A stretch of 64,000 bases of DNA, taken from assembly GCF_006345805.1 (NCBI RefSeq), contig NC_042997.1, forward strand, positions 82,894,001-82,958,000. Direction: 5' to 3'. This DNA comes from Octopus sinensis. Its lineage: Eukaryota. A model generated the notes under the pieces. The model was given only the letters and a program-made list of their open reading frames with translations, ran no database searches and had not been told where the DNA came from. Shown piece by piece: positions 1 to 13,699 of this stretch (its first letter is position 1; every line of letters starts with the position of its first letter). Both the position numbers and the translations under genes were made by a program.

Positions 1-157
1 TACACGCGGGTGGGAAGGGGCTGTTGACACAATCGTTTCATTCACAAATTGAATTCGGTGATACCAGTTGCGGGTTCTAGCTCGCTCTGATACTGAGTGG
101 AGTTGGTGCCTTCTGGTATCTCAAAATTCAATATATAATCATTTATGATTATAGTAT

Positions 158-271
158 TCTACGCTGAAGAGAAAAGAAGTTTCGGTAAGATAGAATTATT
201 TATTATTTAATATTTAATATTTAATTCGTATGCTTTCCTTAAAACTTGATTTCGAAACGTACGTCCGTGGA
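158..271 (+). ncRNA. Type I hammerhead ribozyme motif with greatly extended helix II
   Basis: Helix I TCTACG(158-163)/CGTGGA(266-271); core CTGAAGA 164-170; helix II opens GAAA(171-174)/TTTC(250-253) with the G10.1-C11.1 pair; GAAA 254-257; palindromic helix III A-CGTACG-T; GUC triplet, predicted cut after 265. Confidence 0.8.
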
Positions 272-840
272 TAACTAAAAAAATGTATGATAGATTGCAG
301 TCAATTCATTCTCTCTTACCTGTTTGTGCCTTCCAAATGCTGTTTTTACTGAGATCTCCCTTTTTAGTAGAAGAAATAGCTATAACCCTTTGACTGCTAT
401 TTCTAATTCGGTATGTGGTAGGCAACTCGTTGCTAAACCCTTATTGCTTAGTATTACTTAAATTTTCCTCGAATGAGGCTTTTACATGCCGAAGACTACT
501 TGGTGTAATTGATAATTTTTCCAAATTAATTAATTTCACCCTTCATTATATATATATATATATATATATATATCTCACTTCCTTATTGTATTTTTCGTTA
601 AAAAAAGACTACATAGCAATTACGAATGAATTAACTGCTAAGATTTTGAACTTAAAGAGAGATATTAGACTTGATAAGAATCAATTTGTGACAAAGATGA
701 GAAACAAGTTCGCAGACGAAACCATAGTGTCTAGTTTTTTTTTCTGTCTCCAATTAGCGTCGTTAAACGTCATTACTTAAATTACTAAAAAGATTTAATA
801 TTTATTGTCAATACTATAGATTATATGTTTCTTCAGAGAT

Positions 841-1675
841 AAAGACGGTGAATTGGCAGAATGTTAGCTCGCCAGGCAAAATGCATACGTGCATCTTGTC
901 TGTCTTTACGTTCTGAGGTCGACTTTGCCTTTCATCTTAAATGATGAGACAAATACCAGTTGAATACTGAGGTCGATGTAATCGATTTACACCTCCCCGA
1001 AATTTCTGGCCTTGTGCCAAAATGTGTAACCAATTGCCAATGCAGTAGATTATATGTTTTGCCGAGATAAAGGCGGCGAGCTGGCAGAAACGTTAGCACG
1101 CCGGGCGAAATGCTTAGCCGTATTTCGTCTGCAGCTACGTTCTGAGTTCAAATTCCGCCGAGGTCGACTTTCCTTTCATCCTTTCGGAGTCGATTAAATA
1201 AGTACTAGTTACGCACTGGGGTCGATATAATCGACTTAATCCGTTTGTCTGTCCTTGTTTGTCCTCTCTGTGTTTAGCCCCTTGTGGGTAGTAAAGAAAT
1301 AGGTACTTCGTCTGCTGTTATGTTCTGAGTTCAAATTCCGCTGAGGTCGACTTTGCCTTTCATCCTTTTGGGGTCGATTAAATAAGTACCAGTTACGCAC
1401 TGGGGTCGATATAATCGACTGAATCCGTTTGTTTGTCTTTGTTTGTCCTCTCTGTGTTTAGCCCCTTGTGGGTCGTAAAGAAATAGGTCGGACAAAATGC
1501 TTAGTCGCATTTCTATTAGGTTCTTTATGTTCTGAGTTCAAATACCACCGAGGTTGACTTTATTTTACAGCCACTAGAGATCGCCAAAATAAAATACCAG
1601 CCTGGTACTGGGGTCGATTTAATCGACACTGGCACTTCCCTGTAATTGCTGGCTCTGTGCCAAAATTTGAAACCA
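841..1675 (+). mobile_element. Head-to-tail cluster of four SINE copies (family C: aaggcggcgagctggcagaa...gttctgagttcaaattccgccgaggtcgactttgcctttcatcc)
   Basis: Four mutually similar units at about 841-1031, 1070-1302, 1303-1486 and 1488-1674; the same family recurs many times across the window. Resembles octopus OK/OR-type SINEs; exact family name not verified. Confidence 0.85.
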
Positions 1676-2873
1676 CCATAATTTCAGAGATATAACAGAT
1701 GTCGTGCTATGGTGATACTGAAATTTGCAACGAGCTTTCATTTCCAGGAAGAATCACATCTTCCATTCCCACTCTTGGAAGTACGTATTGAAGATTTCAG
1801 TTGTAGCATTTCTTTCTCACAATTATACATTTTCTGATTCAGTACTGCATTTAAATTTCGAATTTCCATATTTATGTGTGCATGTGTGTGTGTGTGAGAG
1901 AGATATAGAGGGAAAGAGAGAGTGTGTGTGTGAATGTGTTTGTGCGTGTACCCGTGTGTGTGTTTGTGTTTCTGCGTGTTTGTATGTTCGAGTGTTTATG
2001 TGTATATATGTGTGTGTGTGTGTATGTGTGCCTATGCGTGCGTGTGTGCGCGCGTGCATGTGTGTTTGTGAGTGTGTTTGTGTGTCTGTGTGTGTTTGTG
2101 TGCGCGTGCGCGCGCGTGTATATGTGTGTTATTTGTTGGTCTCAGACTTTTCATCCTTTATTCATTGACTAGAAAATATTGCCAAATCAACATACAAATA
2201 ACAAGGATCCACGGTCCCCCCTCACCAAAAATACGGGTCATTGGTGTCTTTGAAATAAATGAATGTATTTGCAGTTGTTAGACAAGTGGAATTGTTGCTT
2301 TTACTTTTGCACAAGAGATTCGTTGTTATTGTTGTTAACTCATAGCTCATTTCTGATTGAGATATTCAAATGTCCTAATCAAACGCATTCCATTTGTGGC
2401 CATCCACTTTATCCCACAGTCATAACTATCATCATGAATACAACACCATAAATTTGCTACATTAAATGTGTTTGTTGTATCCTCCTCCTCCTCCTCCTCC
2501 TCCTCCTCATCATCATCATCATCATCATCATCGTCGTCGTCACCGCCATCATCATTCTAGCACAATCACCATTACCATTATAGCTACCGCTAACGCAATC
2601 ATCTGTTAACTGCATCTCCATTACCACTATCAGCACATCAAACTTCACTAAAACTATCAGCACCAGACTGAAATACCAATTCTGGTACTTTATAAAAAGC
2701 AAATCTGATAAATATGGTTCTACCAAATTTAATTTAATAGAACTTCCTTGAACTACGGTGAATTTTGTTAATTTACTAATTTCACGACAAAATAAAACAT
2801 CTTCAAATTTATTGCTTTGTTTATGTGAAAATTGGCCTTGTAATAACTGTTTTCAATCCAGGTATAAATATAT

Positions 2874-3495
2874 AAGGCGGCGAACAGGCAGAATTGTTAG
2901 CACGTCGGGCAAAATACTTAACGACTTTTCGTCCGTCTTTACGTTCTGAGTTCAAATTATGTCGAGGTCGACCTTGCCTTTCATCCTATCGGGATTGATA
3001 AAATAAGTACTAATTGAACACTGGTTTCTATGTAATCGACTTACCGGCTCTCCGAAATTGCTGACCTTGTGCCAAAATTTGAAATCAGTATAGGCATAAG
3101 TAGACAAGGCGGCGAGCTGGCAGAATCCTTACCATGCGGGGCCAATTGTTTAGCAGTATTTCGTTCCACTTTACAGTCTTGAAACCAATGTAGGCATAAG
3201 GCCAGTAATTTCCGAGAAGAAAGTTTAGCTGATTAGATCAACACCAGTACTTGACAGGTTTTGAACTCGAAATGTTAAGAAGCAGAACAAATACTGCAAT
3301 GTACCTTTTCCGACAGTCTAATGGTTCTGCCGGTTCGCTGACAATAATAATTTCTAATTGAGACACAAGTTCAGTTATTTTGAGGAAAAGGGATTAGTGA
3401 ATACCATCGGCTTTGATACTTGATTTTTATCGTTTTCGGAAGGACGGAAGAAAAAGTTGACCTCTGCGAAATTAGAACTCAGAACCAAAAACGGC
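2874..3495. mobile_element. SINE family C cluster (plus-strand copies 2874-3180, decayed minus-strand copies 3181-3495)
   Basis: aaggcggcgaacaggcagaa head at 2874, core ttctgagttcaaatt...gaggtcgacc, reverse-complement cores further right. Confidence 0.75.
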
Positions 3496-3719
3496 CTGAA
3501 AAAATACCGGCCAGACTCTATAAAAATTCTACCAATAGGCAACCGCGAGTTTTTGTCCAAATATTTTGATATGCTTCCTAATGGTTCATTGCGCAGTTGT
3601 GGTTGAAGTTCGAAAAATTTAAATCTGAAATTCTGTAAACTATGTAGTTGTGACTTATCAAAGAATGTCACCATATTTTAAAGCATCTCGACATCTCGAT
3701 AATAAAGCAAATGCCCAGA

Positions 3720-3865
3720 CGTGGTAAGTAGTTTGCTTACCAACCACATGGTTCCGGGTTCAGTCCCACTGCGTGGCACCTTGGGCAAGTGTCTTCTACT
3801 ATAGCCTCGGGCCGACCAAAGCCTTGTGAGTGGATTTGGTAGACGGAAACTGAAAGAAGCCCGTC

Positions 3866-3942
<77 letters not shown>

Positions 3943-3953
3943 TATATACGCAC

Positions 3954-3985
<32 letters not shown>

Positions 3986-4192
3986 ATGTGTGTATGTTTG
4001 TGTGTGTGTGTTTGTACCCCCAACATCACTTGACAACCGATACTGGTGTATTTACGTCCTTGTCACTTAGCGGTCCAGCAAGAGAGACCGATAGAATAAT
4101 TACTAGGCTTACAAAGAATAAGTCCTGGGGTCGATTTGCTCGATTTGCTCGACTGCATGGCCGCAGTCAAATGACTGAAACAAATAAAAGAA
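3720..4192 (+). mobile_element. tRNA-derived SINE family A with internal (TA)n(TG)n tract
   Basis: gtggtaagtagtttgcttaccaaccacatggttccgggttcagtccc head, ccttgggcaagtg body, gaaagaagcccgtcg then microsatellite, tail ending gactgaaacaaataaaag; homologous to at least six other copies in the window. Confidence 0.9.
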
Positions 4193-4299
4193 TAGCTGAT
4201 TTCTTGTGGCTTTCTATTTCCTATAAGTTCCATGTGGTTTCCATTGGATAAAAAATGTAGTGGAACACTATCTCCCTATTTTATACTAGATAATCTTGC

Positions 4300-5740
4300 G
4301 CATGTTTTATCTAATATATAACCTAATTCTAAAATTGCCAAGGGAACTTAATGTGTAAGTGCAAAAGGAACGGTTATTTTTGTAAAGTCACTGGGAAGAA
4401 ATACAATTAAAGAATTAATCATAGATGAAAATATAAATATATCTACAAAAAATTTTCTTATGATAGCTATATTGACAGAAAAACAATTGACAAGTTTTAA
4501 TGCTCCAGAATATCAATTATTGTAAATGCGGAGGGCATATATAATTCCATTGAAAATTTTTTTTGAAAAACTTGGCATCCGATTATAAACATCTGCTACA
4601 CTATGTAAGTGATAAAATATAAGTGTAAGGATAGGATCAAAAAGTGATGTTCAAAAATCTTTTGAAGCAGAAGGCGCCTTATCTCTTTATACAAAGCTGT
4701 GTATGCCATTTAAGATGTATTAGGAATGTTCTGAGCTTCAAAGTTGGTTACATGAGCTAACCAGAATTTTTTTATATTGATATTTATCAAAACTCTTCAG
4801 AAGAGATTATCTGAATAGGCAGAATTTCAGGAATACATTCAGATTGATGCCAAAATAATAACTATTATTCTAAATGGTTATTACATCAGCGAATGTTAGA
4901 AACACTACTGGATCAATGACCAAAACTTATCTTATTTTTTTTACTTCCTCGAGGTATTTAGGTTGGGATAATTTCAATATCTACAATACTAAATCTACAA
5001 TACTAATTATAAAAATACATTTTTCATTCTGCAACTTTTATTCTGAAATATGTCAACATAAAACTTTAAAATTTTAGCCAGGGAGCTATAGAATGCATAG
5101 GCTAAGTGCCTTAATCAGCAGAAATATGTGAATCTTACCGAAAGAGAAGTTCTAAAAGATGTATATCTATGTAAATTTAGCACCAATGATTCTTCAGATT
5201 ACCTTCCTTTTGGCCAAATATTTCACGGAGCAAGAAATAAATGCAACTTTCAAGAATACTCTCCAAGAATCCAATAAAAATTCAAAATATTTCAGCATAA
5301 GGCATTGAATTTTTATGTTAAACTAAAATTAAGAAATGTACAAACAGTTTTTATCGCCCGGTACATTCAATAACTTGCAGCTATTTGAAGTCATACATAT
5401 AATAAATCTAACCCAAGTACCGTCGTCACCTTCAGTTATCCCATTGGTCAAGAAAATTTCCTAATATTATTGAGGGAAAGAGCCTGAAATAATCAATAGA
5501 GAACGACGTGTGTTCACTTTGCCAGCGAATGTAATATCAGAACCAGCTAAATACTGGTATTATATTTCTCAAGAAAAATGTGGCGATTAGTTTCATTTCT
5601 CATTTATCTCAACATTAACGATAAGCATGCTAACACTACATCATTCCTCAGATGCAACAGAGGGGCTGGTTTCTTTGGGAAATAATATAAAGGTAAGACA
5701 CTATTCCCAGATAAGTATAGAGACTAAACACTTTGTTTTA
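4300..5740 (+). pseudogene. Decayed hAT-superfamily transposase (absent from the ORF track)
   Basis: Manual translation gives hAT motifs in the correct order: LIIDE 4415-4429; LKQKAPYLFIQSCVCHL (CxxH at 4698-4709); SKWLLHQRMLETLLDQ*PKLILFF (RWLS-type) from 4869; MLTLHHSSDATEGLVS (dimerisation domain, catalytic E at 5660-5662). Many stops and frameshifts. Confidence 0.8.
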
Positions 5741-7097
5741 TTTGTTTCTGTCACTGGGCATTAGCTTTGCTGAGGTCCCTCATGAAGGAATCGATTAAAT
5801 TAAATTTGGTTGCTATAGTAACTACCAAAGAGAAGCCAACAACTCAACAACAAGTGACAAGCGGCGGGAGACGAAGACGCATATGTATGTATGGGGCTGT
5901 AGTAGGAGATACTTGCCTAAGGTATCTATCAGTCGGAGTGAACCCGAAATCATGTGCAAAGCGAGCTTCCTAATCACACCACCTCGCCTGCACTTTAGGA
6001 TTTTTTAAAAGAAAAACGCATGTACAGAATAACAATCATCTGAAAAATTCAGTGTGTGTGTGTGTGTGTGTGCGTGCGCGCGCGCGCGCGCGTGTGTGAG
6101 TGTGTGTGTGTGTGTGTGTGTAAAACAATGAAGGGAACTAACCGGCTTCCTTCATGAGGCAACTAAATGGAGAAAAAATATGCTGAGATATACAAAAATT
6201 TTAATAATATAAGGACAGTTATATGTTTTCAATATGTTTTCTGAATTTTTAATTGGTAAAATTAGATAATTTTGTGAAATCCAAGAAATTCATTGAACAA
6301 CAATGGCACCAAACAACCACCAAGCTCCCCACCGAGTTCACCATCATCGCTATGTCACCAATATATCCAACCATTTCAACACCGCCACTACCTCTACAAA
6401 ATCTTTACATCATCATTATCGACATCATCATTCACTTGAACAGTACCCATGACAACATTGATGCTGCTATTAACGATGTTATTAACATTTGTGATGGCAA
6501 ATTCAAATAAACACCATCACATTCATACAATTAAAAAATCCACAACTTGGTAACGATGAAGGCGTAATTTCAAACTTACAAACACTCGTATGTGATTGAA
6601 AATTTTTGTCGCTAAAGGAAGGTAATGTCTGGCGGTTTCTTAAACGCATTGCTATACACAATCGCAACATTTAAAAATACATTTGCATATCTCATTGCTT
6701 TTGATGTATAACATTAGGTCAATTTTGATCGAATAATCCTATGGTGAAAGATATCCGACCGTAACTATCCCACCCCCTTTTCAGACTTGTATAGTTGTCT
6801 GGAAAAATATATTGTAAATCTAACATGTCTAAAAAAGACTGGATGCTCACTGCTAGAAAGTTTTTGACGTAAGAATAATCGATCAGAACTGACCTTGGTA
6901 CATTTCTGGATTAAACAAACTTGGAGTTACGTTATTCATGCCTTCCTGAAAAAATGTGTTCTGACAGGAATTTTCTGAAAAAATGTAATACAACCATTAT
7001 TATGCATAAAAATAACAATTTTTTATTACATACATTATGCAATATATATATAAACACTCACAAAGCCCGGTCTGGGAACGAAACCGGTCAATAAACA

Positions 7098-7172
7098 GTC
7101 ACAATGCCCGGCCTGGGAATCGAAACCGCGATCCTACGACGGCGAGTCTGCTACACTAACCACAGGCGTACA
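7098..7172 (-). mobile_element. Isolated tRNA-like SINE head
   Basis: Reverse complement contains gtggttagtgtagcagactcg and ggtttcgattcccagg (A-box and B-box-like). Confidence 0.55.
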
Positions 7173-7538
7173 CATATGATTGATTGATTGATTGATTGAT
7201 TCTAGTTTCAGCTTATGAGCTGTGGCCATGCTGGGGCACCGCCATATATCTATATACATATACATATATACATATATACACACACATACACACACATATA
7301 TACATTTACACACACATTTACACATATATATACACATACATATACATATACATATAATATATATATATATATATACAATATATATATACATATATATATA
7401 TATACATATATGTATATATATATATATACATATATACATATATATATACATATATATATACATATATATATACATATATATATATATATGTGCTTGTGTG
7501 TATATATGTATATATATATGTATATATATATGTATATA

Positions 7539-7590
<52 letters not shown>

Positions 7591-7926
7591 TGACCCCCTT
7601 CGGTCAGACACTGACCATGGGTTGCACCTAGAGAGTTACTCTCTGAGGCACAAGTCTGGGCAAGGTTGTTTCATGGAAGACCAGCAGTCGCCCATGCATA
7701 CTGGCCTCACCTCTCCACGTCACCGATGTTGTCCAAGGGAAAGGCAAGGGCCGATACAGCTTGGCACCTGTGACGTCGCAACTCATTTCTACAGCTGAGT
7801 GAACTGGAGCAATGTGAAATAAAGTGTCTTGCTCAAGAACACAACACGCAGCCCGGTCCGGGATTCGAGCTCACAACCTCACCATCGTAAGCTCGACGCT
7901 CTAACCACTGAGCCACGCGCCTTCAC
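7591..7926 (-). mobile_element. Full-length tRNA-derived SINE family B
   Basis: Minus strand begins gtgaaggcgcgtggctcagtggttagagcg (A box) and gctcgaatcc (B-box-like); body matches the copies at 13397 and 55433. Confidence 0.9.
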
Positions 7927-8104
7927 ATGTATATATGTATACATTGCCTCCTATCACTTGTTCTTCATTCTCAGAACCTTAAAGTAGTTTGGAACAACTG
8001 AATCTTAGTCTTAAAATTTAAATCCACATCTTTGTCTATGTATCTACCTTCTCTATAATGTTGCCACTTGATATGAAAATTTTTGTATTAATGGAAAACC
8101 TCTA

Positions 8105-8193
8105 TAATTGGCTGATGAATACTCAGCATTTTAAAACTGTTGTAATACTTACAACATTTAATAAAATGATGTACGAAACGATCGTACCAAATT
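8105..8193 (+). ncRNA. Type I hammerhead motif, long helix II, A10.1 mismatch
   Basis: TTGG(8108-8111)/CCAA(8187-8190) helix I; CTGATGA 8112-8118; helix II includes CATTTTA/TAAAATG and the perfect TGTTGTAA/TTACAACA hairpin; GAAA 8175-8178; A-CGATCG-T palindrome; GUA triplet. First helix II base is A rather than G. Confidence 0.65.
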
Positions 8194-8319
8194 ACCGGAG
8201 TCATTCTTGTTGCTTATTTTGATTACAATCACCCCATGGATTTTTATGGATAACACCATACAGAATTCTGGTGCATCTAAATCAAGTACCATATTCATTT
8301 GAATCTAAATTTTTGCTGA

Positions 8320-8357
<38 letters not shown>

Positions 8358-8588
8358 TATATATATATATATATATATGATACACATGTGAAATGACAGT
8401 GTGTTAAATAAAGCTAACCTCAGTTGGTAGGAGAGGACAGAAAAGTGTGGCTTGCATGTCTTTTCCAAAGAAAATAAATTATCTAGAGGTTGAAATTGAA
8501 CCTGGGTTGTAGCTGTTCACTTGATTTTTCAGTAGCTTTACTATATACACTACATTTACCAAATGTGTGTATAAATATGTATATGTCT

Positions 8589-8962
8589 GTGAAGGCGCAT
8601 GGCTTAGTGGTTAGGGTATTCGGCTCACAATTGTAAGGTTGAGTTCGATTCCCTGGTGGTACATTGTGTCCTTGAGCAAGACACTTTATTTTACATTGCT
8701 TCAGTACATTCAGCTGGTAAAAACGAGTTGTACCCGTTTTTCAAAAGGGCTAGCCATGTCGCATTTTGTGTCACGCTGAATTGAGCTGGCAGAATCCTCC
8801 ATTCATCCATCTTTATGGTCCGAGTTCAAATTCCACCAAGGTCAACTTTACCTTTTATCTTTTCAGTGTTGATAAAATGAGTACCAGTTAAGCACTGGGA
8901 GATGATGTATTCAACTTACCCCCTATCCAGAACTTTCTGGCCTTGTGCCAAAATTTGAAACC
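8589..8962 (+). mobile_element. Truncated family B SINE followed directly by a family C SINE
   Basis: gtgaaggcgcatggcttagtgg head at 8589; gagctggcagaatcc family C start near 8783, ending gccaaaatttgaaacc. Confidence 0.75.
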
Positions 8963-9158
8963 AAATCCCACAATAGTCTTCCAATATATCAACAAAACAA
9001 TAGCAAGAATTTATGTAAAACTCTGTAGGTGTGTACCTGTAAATGTGTATATGAAAATGTCACTTCATCAGTTACAAAGGTGAGGGTTCCATTTGATCTG
9101 ATATGAATGGAACAGCCTGCTTGTGATATTAAGATTTAAGTGGCTGAGTACTCCACAG

Positions 9159-9245
9159 ATATATATATATATATGTATATGTATATGTATGTGTATATAT
9201 ATGTGTAAATGTGTGTGTAAATGTATATATGTGTGTGTATATATG

Positions 9246-9294
<49 letters not shown>

Positions 9295-10343
9295 GTGTGT
9301 ACGCCTGTGTGTTTATGTATATGTAGGTATGTAGAGTTATGTGTGTATGTATGTATGTATATATACATATGTGCAAATAGGTATATATGGGTATGTTTAT
9401 ATGTATGTATCCGTCTGTATAATGGGTAACTGCACGTATATATATTTATTATTATTATTTGAGTATGCATGTATGTATACATGAATATGCCTGTATGCAT
9501 GTATGTATTTATGAACATAAGGAGGCGCGTGTGTGTGTGGATGTGTATGCATATGTATAGACATATGTATACATTTATGCATGTATGTACTTATGTATAT
9601 ATATAGATGCGCGCGTGTGTGTGTGTATGTGTACGCATATATATATATATGTGTGTATGTGTATATATGTATGAATGTATATGTGTATGTATATGTATAT
9701 GTATATATATGTATATATATATATATATGTATATGTGTATGTATATGTATGTATGTGTATGTATGTGTATGTATATATGTGTATATATATTTATTAGTGT
9801 ATATGTATGGACTAGTCTTCTGTGGGTGTATTGAGGTATGTATGTGTATGCGTGTAGATATGAATCAGTAGGTACGTGTACGTATGTGAATATACGTGAA
9901 TGTATGTAGATGTATGTGTGTATGAATATAACACGTGCGTGTGTGTATGAATATGAGTGTACGTGTGAGTATGTGGGCGTGAGTGAGTGCTTGCGTTCGT
10001 ATCAGTGAGTAGATAGATAAACGGACTCTTTAGATCATCCCTTGAGACCGGCTGACCGCGGTCAAGATAAAAATAAAGATATAAACAAAATTAAAATAAG
10101 GGAATAAAAATGTGTGTGTATGTGTGTGCATGTATATGCATGTGTATATGTGTGTATGTATATATATGTGCGAGTGTGTATACATATATGTATATATATG
10201 TATGTATAGTGTTTTGTGTGTATGTACATGGGTATGTGTTATATATATGTTATATATATGTATATATATGTATATGTATGTGTATATATATGTATGTATA
10301 TATGGGTATGTATGTATATATATAGATATATGTGAATATGTGG

Positions 10344-10375
<32 letters not shown>

Positions 10376-10380
10376 GTAGA
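9159..10380. repeat. Compound (TA/TG/TATG) microsatellite field
   Basis: Continuous RY-dinucleotide mosaic, interrupted near 10020-10110. Confidence 0.9.
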
Positions 10381-10596
10381 TGTACAAGTGAGAGTCTCCT
10401 TACTTACCTAAAACTCTATTTTTCTATTTATTCTTTTATTCTTTTATTTATTCTTTTATCTACTTTACCACCGATTCCTTTGACCACTCCCCTAATAATG
10501 ACAGTTTTGCACCATGCCTACCACCAAAAAAGTCCCCCACCACCACCCATTTAAACCTGCCTAAATGTATAAATGCCAAAACAACTCTTGTCTACT

Positions 10597-10647
10597 AGCT
10601 TCCTGATGATTTCTTTTGAATGAAACAGTTCTAGTCCTGTAGAAGCT
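10597..10647 (+). ncRNA. Compact type I hammerhead motif with U.U at 10.1-11.1
   Basis: AGCTTC/GAAGCT perfect 6-bp helix I; CTGATGA 10603-10609; TTC-TTTT-GAA helix II; GAAA 10622-10625; CAG/CTG helix III with 8-nt loop; GUA triplet 10639-10641. Confidence 0.6.
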
Positions 10648-10649
10648 CC

Positions 10650-12872
<2,223 letters not shown>

Positions 12873-13374
12873 ATAATAGTTATCGCATACTAATATGGCA
12901 TTCTTATAAAAAAGAAAAAAAGCTGTCCGCTATTAGCTCCATGAGGCCATCGCCTTAAGTTAGCTATTTGATACACAACTGTATCCATATAACCTTCGAA
13001 CAAGGAGGTCAGTCGCTCCACACTACTTGACCGGCAGCTACAGACGCGTTTCGGGGTATTGCCCCTTTTCAATGCAGCGTAGCCAGCCAGTAGGTGTCGC
13101 TTCCGACAATCTCTGTTCGATGGTTTTATTTACCTAGTTTCGGTGGAATACATCCACTTGTTTTCAATAATAGAAATATTAAAATAACTAAGTCTCTCTA
13201 AAAGAGAACAGCGGCAGCGTTCCCGGAAAATAATAGTTATCGCCATACTAATATGGCATTCTTATAAAAATAAGAAAAAAGCTGTCCGCTTATTAGCTCC
13301 ATGAGGCCATCGCCTTAAGTTAGCTATTTGATACACAAACTGTATCCATATAACCTTCGAACAAGGGAGGTCAG
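12873..13374 (-). mobile_element. Direct-repeat unit (about 357-bp period) containing hammerhead motifs; PLE pseudo-LTR or retrozyme-like element
   Basis: About 140-bp direct repeats at 12873-13012 and 13230-13374; HHR at 13037-13078 and a decayed HHR-like motif at 13126-13172 between them, both on the minus strand. Confidence 0.6.
13037..13078 (-). ncRNA. Minimal type I hammerhead with U3-A8 core
   Basis: Minus strand reads GCTGCA-TTGAAAA-GGGG-CAATA-CCCC-GAAA-CGCG-TC-TGTAGC: 6-bp helix I, 4-bp G-C helix II, ACGCGT palindrome, GUC triplet. Confidence 0.75.
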
Positions 13375-13396
13375 ACAAGCTGTCAAAGAGAAAGGA

Positions 13397-13699
13397 ATGA
13401 AGGCGCATGGCTCAGTGGTTAGAGCGTCGAGCTTACGATCGTGAGGTTGTGAGCTCGAATCCCGGACCGGGCTGCGTGTTGTGTTCTTGAGCAAAGCACT
13501 TTATTTCACGTTGCTCCAGTTCACTCAGCTGTAGAAATGAGTTGCGGCGTCACTGGTACCAAGCTGTATCGACCTTTGTCTTTCCCTTGGATAACACTGG
13601 TGGCGTGGAGAGGGGAGGCCGGTATGAATGGGCGACTGCTGGTCTTCCATAAACAACCTTGCCCAGACTTGTGTCTAGGAGGTTAACTTTCTAGGTGCA
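13397..13699 (+). mobile_element. tRNA-derived SINE family B
   Basis: atgaaggcgcatggctcagtggttagagcg head; body matches 7591-7926. Confidence 0.9.
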
